Shown: positions 57,153 through 64,000 of the stretch, one piece after another
Position numbering within the stretch: the first letter of the stretch is position 1
Layout of the letters: every line of letters begins with the position of its first letter
Assembly: GCA_963732385.1 (NCBI GenBank)
Contig: CAVSZB010000007.1
Span: 768,001-832,000, forward strand
Origin: an uncultured bacterium
Lineage (GTDB): Bacteria > Krumholzibacteriota > Krumholzibacteriia > LZORAL124-64-63
DNA length: 64,000 nt
Reading direction: 5' to 3'
The notes under the pieces: generated by a model
The model's database searches: none
What the model was told of the DNA's origin: nothing
What the model saw: the letters and a program-made list of their open reading frames with translations, nothing else
Translations under genes and position numbers: made by a program

Positions 57153-57608
57153 TCAGCCCTGCAGCAGCCGTTTGACCGCGGCGCTGACCCGCGTGCCGTC
57201 GGCCTGTCCGGCGATCTTCGGCATCACGACCTTCATCACCCTGCCCATGTCCTGCGGGCCGGTCGCGCCGGTCTCGGCCACGGCGGCGCGCACCGCCGCC
57301 TCCAGCCCGGCATCGTCCATTTCCGCCGGCAGGAATTCGGCCAGGATCGCCATTTCGGCTTCGCCGCGGGCGATCAACTCGGGCCGCTCCGCGCGCTGCG
57401 CCCCGGCCACCGCCTCCCTGACCTTGCGCTGATACGAACCGAGCACCTTGACAATGCCGGCGTCGTCGAGCACCACCCGCTGATCGACCTCGATCTGTTT
57501 GATCTGCGCCTGCATCATGCGCAGCGGTTCGAGTCGCGCCTTGTCGCGCGCCTTCATGGCGGCGATCACGGCGGCCTGCAAACGCGCCGCGAGAGGTCCG
57601 GTGGCCAT
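57153..57608 (-). CDS. yqeY: GatB/YqeY domain protein
   Basis: AMKARDK, EFLP, DMGRVM...GQADG. Confidence 0.92.
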   Translation of the reverse strand: MATGPLAARLQAAVIAAMKARDKARLEPLRMMQAQIKQIEVDQRVVLDDAGIVKVLGSYQRKVREAVAGAQRAERPELIARGEAEMAILAEFLPAEMDDAGLEAAVRAAVAETGATGPQDMGRVMKVVMPKIAGQADGTRVSAAVKRLLQG

Positions 57609-57689
57609 CGCTGTCTCCTTTCCCGGTGCGCTGCCGCACCGCAATCCAACCTGGGCCAGGACTGACCACGGAGGCAGGACAGCCCCCGG

Positions 57690-58481
57690 TCAGGCGCGCC
57701 GTTCGCGCGCCTCCCGTACGGCCTGCAAAAGCACCAGCCCCGCCGCCGCGGCGGTCTCGGTGCGCAGCCGGTGCGGGCCGAGGCGGACCGCCGCCGCGCC
57801 GGCCCCGACCAGAGTCCCCCGTTCGGCTTCGGTCCAGCCCCCCTCGGGACCGACCACCCAGACAAGAACGTCCCGGTCGGCGACACCACCGCGCAGCAGC
57901 GCCGCGGCGTCGAGCGTCGGGCGGCCTCCGGACGCGCCGTCGGTCGACTCCCGGCGCGCCTCTTCCTCCCCATAGAAGAACCGCGCGCCGGGCAGCGCCG
58001 CGAGGCAGCCGGCCAGGCTGTCCGCCGCGTGCACTACCGGCACGAGGGAGCGCCCCGCCTGCTTGGCGGCGGCGCGAACGACCGCCTCCCAGCGCCCCTG
58101 TCGCCCCGCGCCCGGATCGACGACCGCCCGTCCGGTGCGCAGCGGCCGGATCGCGTGCGCCCCCAGTTCGACCGCCTTCTCCAGCGCCCAGGTGAACCGC
58201 GGCCCCTTGACGAGGCCGCAGGCCAGCACGAGCCGCGGGCCGTCCCGCTCCCAGGGATCGTCACGCACGACCCGTATCGCGACCACCGCCCGCCCCCCCC
58301 GCACGGAGACCAGTTCACCGTCCAGGAACCGCCCGTGCCCATCGGCCAGGAGCACCGACGCCCCCGGGGCGGCGCGCAGCACGCGGGTCAGGTGGTGGGT
58401 CTCGTCGGCGCCGAGCACGATTTCGTCGTCCGGGCCCGGAGAGCCGGTCACAGCGTCGGCGGGCAGCAGGAACAGGCGCAA
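57690..58481 (-). CDS. rsmE: 16S rRNA m3U1498 methyltransferase
   Basis: HHLTRVLR, EKAVELG, VGPEGGW, LGPHRLRTETAA. Confidence 0.95.
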   Translation of the reverse strand: MRLFLLPADAVTGSPGPDDEIVLGADETHHLTRVLRAAPGASVLLADGHGRFLDGELVSVRGGRAVVAIRVVRDDPWERDGPRLVLACGLVKGPRFTWALEKAVELGAHAIRPLRTGRAVVDPGAGRQGRWEAVVRAAAKQAGRSLVPVVHAADSLAGCLAALPGARFFYGEEEARRESTDGASGGRPTLDAAALLRGGVADRDVLVWVVGPEGGWTEAERGTLVGAGAAAVRLGPHRLRTETAAAAGLVLLQAVREARERRA

Positions 58482-58499
58482 CAGGGGGCCTCCCGCGGA

Positions 58500-59615
58500 T
58501 CAGTCGGCGACGCGGCGGCCGGGGGCGGGAATCTGCGCGGCCAGGCCGTCACGCAATTTCTCCACCAGGGTTGTCTGTTCGGCAGTGAGTCGCGCGGGGG
58601 TCCAGGCGATCACCCGCACCAGTTGATCCCCGCGGCCCCCACGCTGCAGACGCGGCAGCCCCTTGCCGCGCAGACGGAAGATCTTGTGCGACTGCGTGCC
58701 GGCGGGAATCTTCAGGGCGAGCTTCCCCTCGATCGCCGGCACCTCCACCTTGACGCCGAGCATCAGGTCGAGCGGCGAAATCGGCACCTCGATGAGCACG
58801 TCGTCGCCGTGCCGCTCGAAGAGATCATCATCGGCCACCTCCATGACGACCCTCAGATCACCGGCCGCGGCGCCATGCCCGCCGGTATCGCCCCGCCCCG
58901 GCACATCCATATAGTTGCCGCTCGCAACTCCGGCGGGAATCTGGATCTCGACCGTTTCCTCGCCCCGCAGGGTGCCGCTGCCGGCGCAGGAGCCGCACGG
59001 CTTGTCCACGAACTGACCACGCCCCTGGCAGCGGGGGCAGATCCCCTCCGTGATCATCTGGCCCAGCAGCGACTGGCGCACCTGCCGCACCCGTCCGCGC
59101 CCGCCGCACTGCGCACAGGCCGCGGGTCGGCTGCCTGGCGCCGCGCCCGTGCCCTGGCAGTCGCCGCAGGCGACCAGCTTCTTGAGCTTGAGCTTCTTGC
59201 GGGCCCCCTGCGCGACTTCCTTCAGTGACAGGCGCACGGTGATCTGCAGATCACGACCCCGCGCCGCGCGGCCCGGACCGGCACGTTCGCCGAACAGATC
59301 GCCGAAGCCGCCGAAATTGCGCAGGAAGGACTCGAGTGCGTCGTTGATGTCGAAGCCGGCGCCGCCGCCGAAGCCGCTCAACGGCGATTGCGGACCGGCG
59401 TGGCCGAAGCGGTCGTACTGCGCCCGTTTCTGGGAATCCTTGAGCACCTCGTACGCCTCGGTCGCCTCGCGGAACTTCTCCGCGGCGCCCGGGTCGTCGG
59501 GATTGCGGTCAGGGTGATGCTTGACGGCAAGCTTGCGGTAGGCCCGCTTGACCTCCGTCTCATCGGCGGTGCGGGGCACGCCCAGCACCTCGTAGTAATC
59601 ACGTTCATGTTTCAT
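58500..59615 (-). CDS. dnaJ: Chaperone DnaJ
   Basis: J domain HPD, G/F region, four CxxCxGxG repeats. Confidence 0.98.
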   Translation of the reverse strand: MKHERDYYEVLGVPRTADETEVKRAYRKLAVKHHPDRNPDDPGAAEKFREATEAYEVLKDSQKRAQYDRFGHAGPQSPLSGFGGGAGFDINDALESFLRNFGGFGDLFGERAGPGRAARGRDLQITVRLSLKEVAQGARKKLKLKKLVACGDCQGTGAAPGSRPAACAQCGGRGRVRQVRQSLLGQMITEGICPRCQGRGQFVDKPCGSCAGSGTLRGEETVEIQIPAGVASGNYMDVPGRGDTGGHGAAAGDLRVVMEVADDDLFERHGDDVLIEVPISPLDLMLGVKVEVPAIEGKLALKIPAGTQSHKIFRLRGKGLPRLQRGGRGDQLVRVIAWTPARLTAEQTTLVEKLRDGLAAQIPAPGRRVAD

Positions 59616-59650
59616 CGTGGGCCGGCGGGGGTTGCGCCGCGGGCAGCGCC

Positions 59651-59679
59651 ACGATAAGGGCGCCCGGGACGCCGGTCAA
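59651..59679 (-). promoter_or_regulatory. Internal sigma70-like promoter for dnaJ
   Basis: TTGACC-17-TATCGT between dnaK and dnaJ. Confidence 0.55.
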
Positions 59680-59707
59680 GGCCGGGCGACGGCGCGACGG
59701 CGCGACC

Positions 59708-61507
<1,800 letters not shown>

Positions 61508-61541
61508 GATTTCCTCCGTGACCGACTCCGGAGCCCCGCCT

Positions 61542-62132
61542 TCACTTCGCCACAATGACACGGCAGGGCCGGATGACCAGATCCTTGAGCCGATAACCGG
61601 ACTGGACCACCTCCGCGATCTGCCCCGGGACCGCCCCCTCCTTCTCCACCTGCAGGATCGCCTCGTGCAGGGCAGGGTCGAATTCGATCCCGACGGCCTC
61701 GATCCGCTCGAGGCCCTGGCTCATGAGGATGTCCCGGAACCGCTGGTGGATCAGACCCACCCCGCTCCGCAGACTGTCCAGTTCCCCTTCCTGGCCCGCG
61801 CTCTCGCTTAGCGAGATCACGGCGCGTTCGAAGTTGTCCAGGATCTCCAGCAGGTCCCGCAGCAGCCCCGCCACCGCGTAGACCCGCACATCGTCGATTT
61901 CCTTGCGCGTCCGCTTGCGGAAGTTGTCCAGCTCCGCGGCCGCGCGCAGCCAGCGCTCCCGCAACTCGTCGCGCTCCCGGCGCAGCCCCTCCAGTTCCTG
62001 CGCGGCCGCGTCGGACTCCAAAAGGCCCGCCTCACGGCTCTCGTCCGGGACCGCAGGCCCGGTATCGGCGACAACCAACTCGCTGTTGCTATCGTCCGGC
62101 GGCAATTCGGGTTGAGTGAAATCGTCGGTCAT
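61542..62132 (-). CDS. grpE: Nucleotide exchange factor GrpE
   Basis: AELDNFRKR, DNFERA, FDPALHEA, GYRLKDLVIRP. Confidence 0.97.
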   Translation of the reverse strand: MTDDFTQPELPPDDSNSELVVADTGPAVPDESREAGLLESDAAAQELEGLRRERDELRERWLRAAAELDNFRKRTRKEIDDVRVYAVAGLLRDLLEILDNFERAVISLSESAGQEGELDSLRSGVGLIHQRFRDILMSQGLERIEAVGIEFDPALHEAILQVEKEGAVPGQIAEVVQSGYRLKDLVIRPCRVIVAK

Positions 62133-62198
62133 GACCAGGCCAACCTCCCAGGGCGATGGGCGTCCACGCGGGCGGGCGCCGAGGCGAGTCTCCGGCGG

Positions 62199-63236
62199 TC
62201 AGGCGATCCGCCGGAGGGTGTTCAGGACGACGTCCATCCCGGCGACGGCGCGGGGATAGGGCATGCGACGCAGGCCGAGCACCGCGAGGATCCCGCGGCG
62301 ACCGCCCACCGTGAACGGGGCGGAGAGCAGGCTGAAGGGGCGCAATTCGCCGACCGGATTCTCGTCGCCGATCCAGACCGCGATGCCACCGGCGCCGCCG
62401 CCGTCGAGCCGCTGCAGGGTTTCGCGCATCTGGCGGCGCGATTCCAGGAAACGGATCAGGCTCTTGAGCCGGCCGGGATCGGAGAATTCCGGCTGCTCGA
62501 GCAGGCGCCCGAGACCGTCGAGTGCGATCTCCCCCTCCTCCAGATCACCGAACAGCTCGCTGCCGTCGGCGGCAAGTTCGCTCGCGCAGCGATCGGCGGG
62601 CGAAACGCCGGCATCGAGAGTCGGCAGCGCGCGGGTCCGGATTTCGGCCACCGTGCGCCCCGAGACCCGCTCCGAGAGCAGACGCGCGGCCTGCGCCACG
62701 ACCGCGGCCGGATAGTCGCGCCCGGTCGTGAAGACGCCGGAGCGCACATGCGCGTTCTCGAACACGAGCACCATCAGGATCCGCCGGCCTTCGCGCGGAT
62801 AGAGATCGAGCCGCAGCGCGCGGGCGCTCTCCCACGACGGCCCGAGGATGATGCTCACCCCGGCGGTCAGTTCGCTCAGCAGCGCGGCGAGCACCTGGCC
62901 GATGGCCTGCGTACCGGCGTGCCGCTGCAGCCGCGCCTCCACACGCCGCAGCACCTCGCGCGGAGGCGCATCATCGAGCAGCGGGCGCGCCGCCAGGTAG
63001 CGATCCAGGAAGGAGCGGAAGCCTTCATCCGTCGGCACGCGCCCGGCCGACGCGTGCGCCTGCGCCAGCCAGCCCTCCGCCTCGAGTCGGACCATGACCG
63101 CGCGGATCGTGGCCGGCGAGAGATCCCCGCGCAGCGCGCGCGACACGAGCGTCGAGCCGACCGGCTGCCCCGTTTCCACGTGCAGACGGACGATCGCGTC
63201 AAGGATCTCGTACCGCCTGTCGTGGGCGCGACGCAT
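62199..63236 (-). CDS. hrcA: Heat-inducible transcription repressor HrcA
   Basis: GQPVGS, SPATIR, SAGRVPT, IGDEN, RMPY; upstream of grpE-dnaK-dnaJ. Confidence 0.92.
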   Translation of the reverse strand: MRRAHDRRYEILDAIVRLHVETGQPVGSTLVSRALRGDLSPATIRAVMVRLEAEGWLAQAHASAGRVPTDEGFRSFLDRYLAARPLLDDAPPREVLRRVEARLQRHAGTQAIGQVLAALLSELTAGVSIILGPSWESARALRLDLYPREGRRILMVLVFENAHVRSGVFTTGRDYPAAVVAQAARLLSERVSGRTVAEIRTRALPTLDAGVSPADRCASELAADGSELFGDLEEGEIALDGLGRLLEQPEFSDPGRLKSLIRFLESRRQMRETLQRLDGGGAGGIAVWIGDENPVGELRPFSLLSAPFTVGGRRGILAVLGLRRMPYPRAVAGMDVVLNTLRRIA

Positions 63237-63343
63237 CTCTCTCCCCGGGGAGGCCGGCGGCGGCGAGGGTGTCAACGACCTTATTGCGAGGTTGCGGGTC
63301 CGGGCAATCGCCGGCAGCGCCGAACGACCAGCCACGTCTTCAA

Positions 63344-63372
63344 CCTATACTCAGCCGCATCGGGGGTGTCAA
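63344..63372 (-). promoter_or_regulatory. Sigma70 promoter of the hrcA operon
   Basis: TTGACA-17-TATAGG; -35 overlaps the hemW stop. Confidence 0.6.
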
Positions 63373-64000
63373 CCAGGGCGGGTCGGCGACCGGGGAGAGT
63401 GAAGCAACGCCCGTGCCAGAATCTCTTCAAGACTGTCGAGGCGCAAAAAGCCGCGCGGCGTCAATTGCAGGCGCCCCCCGGCGACGCGCCAGAGCCCCTG
63501 AGCCTCCCCCTCCGCCAGCGGCAGCAGACCGGGTGGCACGCGATCGAGCGGCAGGCCCTCGACAGTGCGCAGCGGCAGGATAACACGCTCCAGGCGCCTC
63601 TGCGCCCGGTCGAGCGGATCGACCGTCTCCTCCGGCAGTTGTCCCGCCTCGACCGCGTCGGCGTACCGCAGCGCATCCCCCAGGTTCGCGTAGCGGCGCC
63701 GGCCCCAGAAACCGTGCGCGCCGGGGCCGAGCCCAAGGAAGGGGACGTCGTTCCAGTAGGCGCGATTGTGCCGCGATTCCCCCCCCGGGCGGGCGAAGTT
63801 CGCCACCTCGTACTGCCGCAGGCCAGCCGCCTCCAGCGCCGCCACTCCGGCCAGCCAGGTGTTGGCCGTCGGTCCCTCGGCCGGCGCCCGCCGCCGGCCC
63901 GCCGCAACCGCCTCGGCCAGCGCCGTGCCGTCGTGCAACTCCAGAATGTATAGCGAGACGTGCTCCACTCCGAGTTCGACCGCCTCGCGCAGTTCGTCGG
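63369..64000 (-). CDS. hemW: Radical SAM heme chaperone HemW (partial, N-terminus off right edge)
   Basis: HVSLYILE, QYEVANFA, SRHNRAYW, LGLGPGAH; usual position upstream of hrcA. Confidence 0.88.
   Translation of the reverse strand, partial: DELREAVELGVEHVSLYILELHDGTALAEAVAAGRRRAPAEGPTANTWLAGVAALEAAGLRQYEVANFARPGGESRHNRAYWNDVPFLGLGPGAHGFWGRRRYANLGDALRYADAVEAGQLPEETVDPLDRAQRRLERVILPLRTVEGLPLDRVPPGLLPLAEGEAQGLWRVAGGRLQLTPRGFLRLDSLEEILARALLHSPRSPTRPG

Noticed and set aside
59687..59706. CGACGGCG tandem repeat after dnaK
   Set aside because: Only about 2.5 copies of a GC-rich 8-mer; plausible by chance and has no spacers.

Overview
High-GC bacterial chromosome segment, almost all on the minus strand. 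Several features point by inference to an FCB-group diderm such as Ca. Krumholzibacteriota/Latescibacterota: the rplM-rpsI-rpsB-tsf-pyrH-frr-uppS-cdsA-dxr-rseP order, FlgD-Ig/T9SS-like C-terminal domains, Omp85/TamB genes and the diderm-type DnaK insert. Layout: (1) 1-~8330 is a visibly lower-GC Wzx/Wzy polysaccharide cassette (partial toroid-like protein, frameshifted wzy, DUF362, GH88/105-like protein, wzx, wzz, methyltransferase), attached to a native-GC SLBB/Wza exporter that also carries a frameshift. (2) 10.9-33 kb holds a lipoprotein, gatCAB, convergent M1 and M6 metalloproteases with an HNH gene between them, uvrD/pcrA, and a TamA-TamB-(peptidase/beta-propeller Omp85) cluster. (3) 33-64 kb is housekeeping: rseP to rplM, mtnA, an apparent dtd-maf fusion, rel, recJ, rnpB, rnhA, a zinc-ribbon protein, two tRNAs, rpoD, dnaG, mutS2, cvpA, yqeY, rsmE, dnaJ, dnaK, grpE, hrcA and partial hemW. 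No CRISPR array, rRNA, integrase or IS transposase was seen. Best leads: the peptidase-propeller-Omp85 coupled to TamAB, the HNH gene with an RBS-occluding leader, an HrcA with an altered recognition helix and no CIRCE, the dtd-maf fusion, and the polysaccharide cassette junction and frameshifts. All family calls come from reading motifs by eye, not from database searches.
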